A stretch of 64,000 nucleotides of DNA from Candidatus Caccoplasma sp. Its GTDB lineage: Bacteria > Bacteroidota > Bacteroidia > Bacteroidales > G3-4614. Below the pieces are notes generated by a model. It was not told the DNA's origin and did no database searches. It was given only the letters and a program-made list of their open reading frames with translations. Of the stretch, positions 40,108 through 48,887 are shown one piece after another; positions within the stretch are counted from its first letter, which is position 1, and every line of letters starts with the position of its first letter. The stretch spans positions 16,440 through 80,439 of the forward strand of contig JAZNCN010000001.1 in the NCBI GenBank assembly GCA_045587545.1, read 5' to 3'. The position numbers and the translations under genes are program-made.

Positions 40108-40228
40108 CTATTCGGAGGTGTTTGGCGTAACCCGGAAAGAAGAATAACTAAAAGCCCGTACCAATAAAGCACGAGCATTTCAACTATTATCCATCTCTTT
40201 CCTTTCAGTCGCCAAACTTTCCGAATAG
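40108..40228. repeat. 121-bp imperfect palindrome (rod-like hairpin), about 90 bp upstream of the LRR gene start
   Basis: CTATTCGG-AGGT-GTTTGGCG (40108-40127) pairs with CGCCAAAC-TTT-CCGAATAG (40210-40228). An inner helix is GGAAAGA (40134-40140) with TCTTTCC (40196-40202), and further inner pairs follow. Confidence 0.6.
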
Positions 40229-40637
40229 AAGAATAAATGCTAAAACGCTTTTTTCAAATATATTTTAAAATGTGCGTATCAGAAATACGCTAATGTTTCA
40301 TAGGCAAATATTGTTTATACTCACTCTAACCATTTCTTGCATAGATGGTATTACTGAGCGAAAAGGTTATTATCTATATTTTAAACAACTTATTAATTGA
40401 CAGATTAATTCCTGTTTCCATTTTTACAAAATTATTAAAAAAAGTTTATATAGTCAACATTCGGTTTTAAGTTTTGATTTAAGAGGCTTAATTAAAATTT
40501 TGGAATTTGCTTTTATTCCCTTTACGGTGAACAGAGCACACTGCACTGCTGTTCTAAATATTTTTTTTAAGAGTTAATTATCTGTAACGACGACATTTTA
40601 AGGTAACGATATTTTGATTTAGTCTGACAAGACTTTA

Positions 40638-40667
40638 AGGCTGTGTCAAAATTTTCTGGCACAGCCT
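40638..40667. repeat. Hairpin AGGCTGTGTC-N10-GGCACAGCCT, sequence-related to the terminator hairpin at 40978-41014
   Basis: 10-bp stem including one G-U pair. It shares the GGCTGTG...CACAGCC core and a TTAAG leader with the second copy. Confidence 0.5.
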
Positions 40668-40739
40668 CAAGCAACGGGGTTGCAGACTTTAAGTGCAACC
40701 TCATTTAAACTAACAGCTATGGTGCGTAGCACCAACTAA

Positions 40740-40809
40740 AAACTAACAACTGCGGAGAGAGCATTTTTTTGACGGACACAGCATGCTGTGTCCCTACTTG
40801 CTTGGTTGT
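40740..40809. repeat. Copy B of the intergenic repeat, containing an intact perfect 20-bp palindrome GGACACAGCATGCTGTGTCC (40774-40793)
   Basis: Direct reading of the sequence. The palindrome equals its own reverse complement. Confidence 0.85.
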
Positions 40810-40977
40810 AGAATTATGCACCTCAACTTATCTGATTATCAATATCTTAATGGCGGTGTGTCATAATTGACAAACTACTGTGTTGTTTTCAATATTAGGG
40901 CTCAGTCATGTACCTATGTACACTTCTTTCGCCCTAAATCTCAACGCCTTGTATTTTATCAATTCTTACATACCTTA

Positions 40978-41014
40978 AGAGGCTGTGCCAAAAAAACATT
41001 TTGACACAGCCTCT
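40978..41014 (-). terminator. Hairpin terminator candidate downstream of the DUF5606-like gene
   Basis: AGAGGCTGTG...CACAGCCTCT forms a 10-bp stem (extendable), 25 bp after the stop at 41039. Confidence 0.5.
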
Positions 41015-41038
41015 TGGCTGAAAACAGACCTCAGAAGT

Positions 41039-41425
41039 CTATTTTTCAACAAACTCTGTTATTCCCGCTTTTATTACGATATTATACCAATCTACTATTC
41101 GTTTTATATCGTTTGGATATACTCTTTCTCTGTCATAATCGGGGATTACGGCCTCTACATATTTTTTGTAGTCGTCAGCACTTTTGCCTATTACAATCTC
41201 TTTGCCTCCCTCTTTCTCTTTGATTGTTTCAAATACTTCTGATAATGGGCGATCCTCTCCCTCAGTATATATTGATATATCTCCTAATGATATTATTTTA
41301 TCGTGAGAGTATGCAGGCACCCTTTTACCTGTTACAAGCGACTCTACTACTAACATTCCTTTTGCTTGAGAGATTAATTTATATAATCCCGGCTTTCCTG
41401 AAATTGATAAAACATTCTTTAACAT
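41039..41425 (-). CDS. Conserved Bacteroidota hypothetical protein (DUF5606-like)
   Basis: 128 aa. The N-terminus MLKNVLSISGKPGLYKLISQAKGMLVVESL resembles DUF5606-family proteins from memory; not verifiable here. Confidence 0.5.
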   Translation of the reverse strand: MLKNVLSISGKPGLYKLISQAKGMLVVESLVTGKRVPAYSHDKIISLGDISIYTEGEDRPLSEVFETIKEKEGGKEIVIGKSADDYKKYVEAVIPDYDRERVYPNDIKRIVDWYNIVIKAGITEFVEK

Positions 41426-41505
41426 AGTTATTAGATTTATTTTATTATTACTTCTTGTTTATTCTTGTATTGTATGGCGAATATACGAAAATATATACTA
41501 TATAT

Positions 41506-42078
41506 CTATATATATCCCAATATTTTTTCCAATTGTTTTAATACCGAACTTTTACCATCGTTATCTATTATGTAATCGGAACGGCTTTCTCTCTCACTAT
41601 CGTTCATCTGCGATTTTATGCGTGAACGGACCTCTTCGGCACTCATTCCATTTCGTGCCATAACTCGGGCAACTCTTATATCTTCCGATGCAGTAACGCA
41701 CCATATTTCATCAACCAATTTGTCAAACCCAGATTCAAACAATATTGCTGACTCTATAAAAACAAATTCTGAATTTTGTTGTAAACACCACTCCTTAAAG
41801 TCATCTTTGACTGCAGGGTGTATTATTGAGTTTATAATTTTGGTGTTTTCGGCTGATGCAAACAAGAAATCGGATAACATCTTTTTATTTAAGGAGCCAT
41901 TTATATATATATTCTCTCCTAAAATAGATTGCAACTTATATTTTACCTCTGATGATATTGCTGTAATATATTTTGCCCTCTCGTCACTATCGTAAACCGC
42001 AAAACCTGATGCTTTCAGAATTTTACAGACAACACTCTTTCCACTGCCTATACCGCCTGTTATTGCTATAATTTTCAT
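41506..42078 (-). CDS. coaE: Dephospho-CoA kinase
   Basis: P-loop ITGGIGSGKS. 190 aa, typical CoaE length and motifs. Confidence 0.9.
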   Translation of the reverse strand: MKIIAITGGIGSGKSVVCKILKASGFAVYDSDERAKYITAISSEVKYKLQSILGENIYINGSLNKKMLSDFLFASAENTKIINSIIHPAVKDDFKEWCLQQNSEFVFIESAILFESGFDKLVDEIWCVTASEDIRVARVMARNGMSAEEVRSRIKSQMNDSERESRSDYIIDNDGKSSVLKQLEKILGYI

Positions 42079-43110
42079 CTATTCCGATAAAATTCCTGAT
42101 TGCTCTATATTGACAATTTTTTTATCTATAATATACTCAACGCTATCCGGCATAATAATTGGATTTTTTATATAGTCGGGATATTTTAAAAGGCGTAAGG
42201 GTAATTTACTTATATTCTTTTTAAATTGTCTGTAATCAACAACTACACTAAACAATGAGGCATTTGCCTCAGGGAAGAGTGTCAATGGAACTAAAAATTC
42301 CACATCGGCAGTTGCCGGAAATGTCATTACCGATACATCTTTGGGGAAATTAGCACTTTGAATTGACAGGGTTATCTTTTTTGATATCAACTCTTCAACA
42401 GGTATCATTACTTTAACCTGTTCTGGGACAATCTTAGCTCCTTCAATGGGCTTTATATTTAGATGTGCAACTACTGTATCGGTTATATTGTATAGTGATA
42501 GCAATTCTGTTTCAACACTCTTTATATTTGACGAAATTGCAGAATCGGCATATAGTTCTACCTCTGATGGTGTTACCTGTATCTCTCCATTTCTTATACA
42601 ATTTGATGATATTGTTATGTCAGAATTTAAGGAAATTGGCAAATGTACTCCTTTTTTATCGCCATACAACAACACCAACGAATCGCAATATACATCTATC
42701 AACTCAGATGATGAATTTATTTCTCCGTCAACAATGGACAATAGTTTATCGTGAGGGATAACTATACGTCCCCTGTTTTTAGTGAGTTCAGAGAAACTGA
42801 TTTCGATAGGCTTTACTCGCCCTAATGAATAATTTATAAGGTTTATTCCCTTATCTCGTAATACTACATCAATTGTTGATGGTGGCTCTTTTGTAAAGAT
42901 AATATCTTTGGGTATGTTTACATATTCAACAGGTATTGATACATTTACATTGTCTTTATTATTTAAAGACTGCAAGAACCAAAACATGGTTGAAATTAGC
43001 AGAAAAAGAAGAAATATTAAAAATTGCTTGTTTCCCTCGCTCTTAAATGGTGTCAATATGGTTTTGAGCAGAGAGAATAGAGCACATATTGTATTCCAAA
43101 ACTTTCTCAT
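42079..43110 (-). CDS. YbbR-like domain protein (membrane-anchored)
   Basis: 343 aa with an N-terminal TM and repeated beta-rich modules. The conserved nusB-yajC-ybbR-coaE order of Bacteroidota supports the call. Confidence 0.55.
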   Translation of the reverse strand: MRKFWNTICALFSLLKTILTPFKSEGNKQFLIFLLFLLISTMFWFLQSLNNKDNVNVSIPVEYVNIPKDIIFTKEPPSTIDVVLRDKGINLINYSLGRVKPIEISFSELTKNRGRIVIPHDKLLSIVDGEINSSSELIDVYCDSLVLLYGDKKGVHLPISLNSDITISSNCIRNGEIQVTPSEVELYADSAISSNIKSVETELLSLYNITDTVVAHLNIKPIEGAKIVPEQVKVMIPVEELISKKITLSIQSANFPKDVSVMTFPATADVEFLVPLTLFPEANASLFSVVVDYRQFKKNISKLPLRLLKYPDYIKNPIIMPDSVEYIIDKKIVNIEQSGILSE

Positions 43111-43227
43111 TACTATATCTCTTTTTAGTTTCTATAAAACTATATATAAACAAAAAGGTCTCCGAAAAAATTAAAGTATTACCTCAACATTTTCGAAAAC
43201 CTCCTTTTTTATCGTAAAGTTACAATA

Positions 43228-43551
43228 CTATTTTTGTGGTTGTTCTGACGCATCGGGAGCTGTTGCATATATTGATGATTTCTCAATTGTTATCTGCAAG
43301 CCATCTGCTATCTCCAAAACAACTGTATTCTCTTTTACGTTTTTAATTTTTCCGTGAATTCCTCCGGCTGTAATCACTTTATCGCCCGATTTTAATCCTT
43401 GACGGAATTTTTGAATCTCTTTTTGACGTTTTGTTTGAGGTCTTATCATAAAGAAATAGAATATAGCTACTAATGCTACTATAAATATGATACTTGACCA
43501 ACCATTTCCTGACTGAGCTTCTTGTAATAAAATTGTTAAAATTGTGTTCAT
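43228..43551 (-). CDS. yajC: Preprotein translocase subunit YajC
   Basis: 107 aa with a single TM, RPQTKRQKE and GDKVITAGGIHGKI motifs. Confidence 0.85.
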   Translation of the reverse strand: MNTILTILLQEAQSGNGWSSIIFIVALVAIFYFFMIRPQTKRQKEIQKFRQGLKSGDKVITAGGIHGKIKNVKENTVVLEIADGLQITIEKSSIYATAPDASEQPQK

Positions 43552-43603
43552 ATCATTTATTTTTTAAGTTACCATTATAATGCTCTAAGATAATAAAAGT
43601 TTA

Positions 43604-44527
43604 TCAATCCTTACTAATTTTACCCTCTTTTTTCATTTTTTTTATAATTGCATCTAATACTCCGTTAATAAACGTTGCGCTTTTTTCTGATGCGTATGAT
43701 TTTGCAAGTTCAATATACTCACTCAAAGTTACATTTATTGGTATTGAGGGGAACATGCGTGCCTCTGTTATAGCCATACACATTATTACAAAATCCATAT
43801 TTGCGATACGGTCAGCTTCCCAATTCTTTGCAGCTGCTGATATGTACTTGACATTTGCATCAAAATCAAGAATTGTATGACTTAATAATTTACCGGGAAA
43901 ATCTGAATCCTCTCCTGCATCAAAAGAGTCAATCAAAGGCATATTTTCATCGCTCTCCTGAGTAAATGTTTTTATTGTTTTTAATACGAATGTTGCTATT
44001 ATATCTATATCGTTATTCCAATAAAGAGACTCTCCCTCCAATGCTTCATCTATATCCTGATTATCAGCCCACTCCTTAACCATTCTTTTCCAGAATGTCT
44101 TATCTGCTTCATAAGAATCTTCCTGCTCTAAATATCCGGCATATGCTTCTCCTTCAAGAATTGAATCAAGCATTGATTTTATCAAACGCGGTGTCAAAAC
44201 GGCATTAACATCGGGATTTTTGTGCAAATATTCATTTAATTGGATATTTTCTGAAAGTTGTTGAGCCAATCTGTTGTTTGCCAACTTCCAATTTATATCC
44301 TTATCAGAAACAGGATTTATATATCTGTTACGCAATCTGTCAATTCTCTCTTGTTGCTCTTGTGTTAATTTTACAATTAACTGTAATAGCAAAATATACA
44401 AATCATATGTTTTTTGCATACTGTGAGAATACTCCATTTCTGATTGAGTAATAGATTTATCTCTATCAATAAAGGCTGAAAATACTATTTGAAGTATTTT
44501 GTTTCGTATTAGAACTCGATTTGTCAT
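43604..44527 (-). CDS. nusB: Transcription antitermination factor NusB (long Bacteroidota form)
   Basis: The C-terminal NusB fold ends in ...ATFINGVLDAIIKKM. Lies upstream of yajC, as in other Bacteroidota. Confidence 0.75.
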   Translation of the reverse strand: MTNRVLIRNKILQIVFSAFIDRDKSITQSEMEYSHSMQKTYDLYILLLQLIVKLTQEQQERIDRLRNRYINPVSDKDINWKLANNRLAQQLSENIQLNEYLHKNPDVNAVLTPRLIKSMLDSILEGEAYAGYLEQEDSYEADKTFWKRMVKEWADNQDIDEALEGESLYWNNDIDIIATFVLKTIKTFTQESDENMPLIDSFDAGEDSDFPGKLLSHTILDFDANVKYISAAAKNWEADRIANMDFVIMCMAITEARMFPSIPINVTLSEYIELAKSYASEKSATFINGVLDAIIKKMKKEGKISKD

Positions 44528-44570
44528 ATTAAATCATATAAATTTTATACTCCTTTCTCCAAAGGGCATG

Positions 44571-44578
44571 CAAAGATA
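44571..44578 (-). promoter_or_regulatory. Candidate -7 box TATCTTTG for the nusB operon
   Basis: TAnnTTTG on the minus strand 44 bp upstream of the nusB ATG. Confidence 0.35.
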
Positions 44579-44758
44579 ACTATTTTTTAGTAAATACATA
44601 ACTTATTATATCGTTATTGCCACTATTCCTATTATAAATTGCTCATTATTTTTACTAATACTACCATTTATATGATATATACCTGAGTCAATTATTAATA
44701 AATGTTAATTAATAAAATTAAATATAACTTTTGTATATAATTAAAAAATATTCTTTAT

Positions 44759-44766
44759 TATATTTG
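44759..44766 (+). promoter_or_regulatory. Candidate -7 box TATATTTG for the PUR-like gene
   Basis: TAnnTTTG lies 29 bp upstream of the ATG at 44795. Confidence 0.35.
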
Positions 44767-44794
44767 CATTATAACAATCATTAAGTAAAATGCC

Positions 44795-45067
44795 ATGAAT
44801 AGTAATATTAATTCAGAAGAGGTTGGCTTTGAAAAGGAAATTATTTTTTCTAAAAACATTAAAGCAGGGAGTAGAGTCTATTATATAGACGTTAAAAAGA
44901 GTAGAAAAGATGATATGTATATAACAATTACTGAGAGTAAACGAATATCATCTAAGGAAGAAGAAGTCCCCCGATATGAAAAGCACAAGCTCTTCTTATA
45001 CAAAGAAGATTTTACAAAATTCAAAGATGGCTTAATTGAAGCTATTGAATTTATATCAAATGAATAA
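44795..45067 (+). CDS. PUR-alpha-like / DUF3276 nucleic-acid-binding protein
   Basis: 90 aa. FSKNIKAGSRVYYIDVKKSRKDDMYITITESKR matches the DUF3276 pattern as I recall it. Confidence 0.6.
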   Translation: MNSNINSEEVGFEKEIIFSKNIKAGSRVYYIDVKKSRKDDMYITITESKRISSKEEEVPRYEKHKLFLYKEDFTKFKDGLIEAIEFISNE

Positions 45068-45118
45068 ATTTAACCTTTTCATTTAAATATAACAATACAC
45101 AAGTATTTGAAAGTTGAA

Positions 45119-47935
45119 TTATAACTCTTCTTTCAAATACGTTGTTGTATGTGTTGTATATTTCTTACATAAATCTTTTGGTGTTCCACAACAGAGAATA
45201 TTTCCTCCTCCCACTCCTCCTTCGGGCCCCATATCTATAATATGATCTGCCGATTTTATAATATCAAGATTGTGTTCTATTACAAGTATTGTATTTCCTT
45301 TATCAGCTAATTTATTCAATACATTTAGCAGAACCCTGATATCTTCAAAGTGCAAACCTGTTGTCGGTTCGTCAAGAAGATAGAGAGTGTTTCCGGTATC
45401 TCTTTTTGCCAATTCAAAAGCTAACTTAACACGCTGACTTTCTCCTCCCGAAAGGGTCGTTGACGGTTGTCCCAATTTTATATATCCTAAGCCTACATCT
45501 TGTAGTACTTTTATTTTATTTAAAATTACAGGTACATTTTCAAAAAACTCAACCGCTCTGTTAATTGTCATATCCAATACATCTGCGATAGATTTACCTT
45601 TATATCTTACCTCCAAGGTCTCTCGGTTATACCTTTTACCATGACAAACATCGCAAGGAACCATCACATCAGGCAAGAAGTTCATTTCAATATTTTTATA
45701 GCCATTACCACTACATGATTCACATCTTCCTCCAGATATATTAAAAGAGAAACGCCCCGATTTATATCCTCTGATTTTAGACTCAGGCAACTCGGTAAAC
45801 AAATTTCTAATATCAGAGAATACTCCTGTATATGTTGCCGGATTTGAGCGTGGCGAACGTCCTAATGGAGATTGGTCAACCGTTACAAGCTTATCAATAT
45901 TCTCCAAACCTTCAATTGATGAATATGGCAACGGTTTTTTTAATGAGCGATAAAACATTGAACTTATTATAGGTTGCAATGTCCCATTTATCAATGACGA
46001 TTTACCGCTTCCTGATACTCCTGTTACACATATAAATTTGCCTAAGGGCAATTCCAAATCAACATTTTTCAGGTTGTTACCGCAAGCACCTTTTAGTATT
46101 ATGCTTTTTCCATTACCCTTACGATACTCTTTGGGGAGTTCTATCAAACGTGTCCCATTCAAAAATTCAGATGTAACGGTTTTTGATTGTAACATCTCTT
46201 GGGGAGTTCCTGCAAATACCACATCTCCACCCTTTCGTCCTGCTCCGGGTCCCAAATCTATAATATAATCGGCAGCGAGCATCATCTCTTTATCATGCTC
46301 AACAACTATTACCGTATTGCCAATATCCCTAAGACGCTTTAAGGAGTTTATCAACTTAACGTTATCTCTTTGATGTAAACCTATACTTGGTTCGTCTAAT
46401 ATATATAGTACATTTACAAGGCGTGTTCCTATTTGGGTTGCCAATCTTATTCGCTGACTCTCTCCACCCGACAACGATACAGATGTTCTGTTAAGGCTCA
46501 AATATTCCAAACCAACATCAATCAAAAACTTTAAACGGGTCTTAATCTCTTTTATAATTTCCTGAGCTATAGCCTTTTGCTTTTCAGAAAGGAATTTATC
46601 GCTATCTGCAAACCACTCATATAGTGTTTTTATATCCATAGAGGCTAATTCTGCTATATTTTTACCATCTATACGATAATGTAGCGACTCTTTGTTTAGC
46701 CTCATTCCATGACATTCATCACACGGGATAACTGAAACAAACTGACCTGCCCACTTTTGAGATTGAGATGATGCATCTGATGAGTTTTGCATCTCAATAT
46801 ACTTTATTAAGCCTTCATATGGCATAAAAAAGTTTGATGATGAGCCCAACACATGGTCTTTTATTGTCAACCTCTCGTTAGTTCCATTCAGTATTTCGTC
46901 CAATGCCTCCTCGGGAACATCTTTTATGGGTGTTTTTATTGTTACTCCGTATTTATCACATATTGCCTCAATTTGCCAAAATACAAGGGTATTTTTATAT
47001 TTTCCCAAAGGCAGAATTCCTCCTTGATATATTGACAATGTGTTGTCGGGTATAATCTTATCTTTATCTATTATATTTATATATCCTAATCCTTTACAGC
47101 GAGGACATGCTCCATTTGGTGAATTGAAAGAAAAGTTATGAGGGGCTGGCTCTGAATATGAAAGCCCTGTCTTGGGGTCCATTAACATTCGACTGTAGTG
47201 TCTGACTTCGTTACTATCCATATCCAAAATCATAACTAACCCCTCGCCTCTTCTCATAGCATTTCGCAAACTGTCTTTAAGACGACGTTCATCATTTGAT
47301 GATACTTTAAGTTTGTCAACTACTAACTCAACACTATGATTTTTATATCTGTCAAGTTTCATTCCGGGAAGAATTTCTCTAATCTCCCCATCAACTCTTA
47401 CATATAAGTATCCTTTTTTACGGACTTGTTCAAATAACTCCTTATAATGACCTTTTCTGTTTCTGACCAAAGGAGCCAATATGTTTATTTTTTTACCCTC
47501 ATATTTTTCAATAACAAGTGAGAGTATCTGCTCTTCGCCATACTTTACCATTTTTTCTCCTGACAGATAAGAGTATGCCTCGCCTGCCCTTGCATATAAA
47601 AGGCGCAAAAAATCATATACCTCAGTTGTTGTTCCTACTGTAGAACGTGGATTTTTATTGGTGGTCTTTTGTTCTATGGCTATAACCGGTGACAGACCTG
47701 TTATCTTATCGACATCAGGGCGCTCTAAGGTCCCTAAAAAATTTCGGGCATACGAAGAGAAAGTTTCGATATATCGTCTTTGTCCTTCAGCAAATATAGT
47801 ATCAAATGCCAGCGACGACTTGCCACTACCACTTAAACCTGTAATAACAGTTAAACTATTGCGAGGTATTTCTACATCAATGTTTTTTAAATTATTAGCC
47901 CTCGCCCCTATTACCTCTATATTACCTTTTGCCAT
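45119..47935 (-). CDS. uvrA: Excinuclease ABC subunit UvrA
   Basis: Two ABC modules (GLSGSGKSS, GVSGSGKSS; LSGGESQR twice) and zinc fingers (CPRCKGLG, CDECHGMR, CESCSGNG, CDVCHGKR). Confidence 0.97.
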   Translation of the reverse strand: MAKGNIEVIGARANNLKNIDVEIPRNSLTVITGLSGSGKSSLAFDTIFAEGQRRYIETFSSYARNFLGTLERPDVDKITGLSPVIAIEQKTTNKNPRSTVGTTTEVYDFLRLLYARAGEAYSYLSGEKMVKYGEEQILSLVIEKYEGKKINILAPLVRNRKGHYKELFEQVRKKGYLYVRVDGEIREILPGMKLDRYKNHSVELVVDKLKVSSNDERRLKDSLRNAMRRGEGLVMILDMDSNEVRHYSRMLMDPKTGLSYSEPAPHNFSFNSPNGACPRCKGLGYINIIDKDKIIPDNTLSIYQGGILPLGKYKNTLVFWQIEAICDKYGVTIKTPIKDVPEEALDEILNGTNERLTIKDHVLGSSSNFFMPYEGLIKYIEMQNSSDASSQSQKWAGQFVSVIPCDECHGMRLNKESLHYRIDGKNIAELASMDIKTLYEWFADSDKFLSEKQKAIAQEIIKEIKTRLKFLIDVGLEYLSLNRTSVSLSGGESQRIRLATQIGTRLVNVLYILDEPSIGLHQRDNVKLINSLKRLRDIGNTVIVVEHDKEMMLAADYIIDLGPGAGRKGGDVVFAGTPQEMLQSKTVTSEFLNGTRLIELPKEYRKGNGKSIILKGACGNNLKNVDLELPLGKFICVTGVSGSGKSSLINGTLQPIISSMFYRSLKKPLPYSSIEGLENIDKLVTVDQSPLGRSPRSNPATYTGVFSDIRNLFTELPESKIRGYKSGRFSFNISGGRCESCSGNGYKNIEMNFLPDVMVPCDVCHGKRYNRETLEVRYKGKSIADVLDMTINRAVEFFENVPVILNKIKVLQDVGLGYIKLGQPSTTLSGGESQRVKLAFELAKRDTGNTLYLLDEPTTGLHFEDIRVLLNVLNKLADKGNTILVIEHNLDIIKSADHIIDMGPEGGVGGGNILCCGTPKDLCKKYTTHTTTYLKEEL

Positions 47936-47944
47936 AATTACAAA

Positions 47945-48880
47945 TCAATCTATAACCCACCTTTTATCAAACACATATAGCCCGTTTGAACTATAATACA
48001 AATCATCTATAACAGGCACTAACAATATATATGAATTCCCCTCACGCACATGAAGTTTAGATGATTTCAACCACATATTAAACTCCTTTAATTGAGAATA
48101 TGTTATTCCGTGGCTTTGTGCAAATTTTGATAAATCAAGTATATCTTCTGAAACTTCTACTTCTTTAAATCTTATTTGAGGATATAATTGCGATGAGCGT
48201 ATGGCAAAACCATATTTAACAGGATTCTCCATAATTGTTTTTATCGCCATCAGCCTGAATATGTATCGCGATGTCTCCTCGTTTAACCACAAATCAAAGG
48301 CGTGATTTTGATTTTGTTGTAACAGCTCTTTGGAAATTCTATTACAACCGGCATTATATGATGCTGCCGCGGTTATCCAACTTCCGTATTTATCATAGGC
48401 TGATTTTAGATATTTACATGCTGCTCTTGTTGATTTTATAATATTATATCTCTCATCAACATTATCATTAACCTCTAATCCCAATTCTTTTGCTGTTGAT
48501 GATAAAAGTTGCCACAATCCTGCTGCTTTAGACGGAGAAAAAGCTCTTACATTTAAAGAACTCTCAATAACTGCCAAATAGACAAAATCTTCAGGTAAAC
48601 CCATCTCCTCAATTATTGGTTTAATTATAGGAAAATATCTGTTTGCCCTTTTGATAACTAAAAGTGTATTTGTATGCCCATAACAGAACGATATTATCTC
48701 TCTATCCAATCGCTCACGCATATCAAATCGGTTGAGCGACACCTCTTCTCCTCCCCACTCCAATGAATAAGGTGTTAATGGAGCTGATGACACAACAGGC
48801 TGATACTCATTTATATTTTGCGAATAAGAATAATTGCTTATAAATAAAGTTATTAGAATAATTACTATATGATATCTCAT
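47945..48880 (-). CDS. Lytic transglycosylase (SLT domain) protein
   Basis: Catalytic region LAVIESSLNVRAFSPSKAAGLWQL and AAASYNAG. Has a signal peptide. Confidence 0.8.
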   Translation of the reverse strand: MRYHIVIILITLFISNYSYSQNINEYQPVVSSAPLTPYSLEWGGEEVSLNRFDMRERLDREIISFCYGHTNTLLVIKRANRYFPIIKPIIEEMGLPEDFVYLAVIESSLNVRAFSPSKAAGLWQLLSSTAKELGLEVNDNVDERYNIIKSTRAACKYLKSAYDKYGSWITAAASYNAGCNRISKELLQQNQNHAFDLWLNEETSRYIFRLMAIKTIMENPVKYGFAIRSSQLYPQIRFKEVEVSEDILDLSKFAQSHGITYSQLKEFNMWLKSSKLHVREGNSYILLVPVIDDLYYSSNGLYVFDKRWVID

Positions 48881-48887
48881 TATTTTA

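Noticed and set aside
40079-41038. RNase P RNA, tmRNA, SRP RNA, 6S RNA or a known riboswitch in the long ORF-free region
   Set aside because: I could not find the diagnostic conserved cores on either strand (for example GAGGAAAGTCC for RNase P, a tRNA-like 3' end with a tag ORF for tmRNA, the SRP GGAA tetraloop helix, B12/TPP/SAM boxes). A covariance-model scan would be needed to be definitive.
40985-41427. Plus-strand ORFs 40985-41242, 41014-41223 and 41224-41427
   Set aside because: They lie opposite the conserved DUF5606-like gene (41039-41425) and are hydrophobic, low-complexity translations. One of them starts inside the terminator hairpin.
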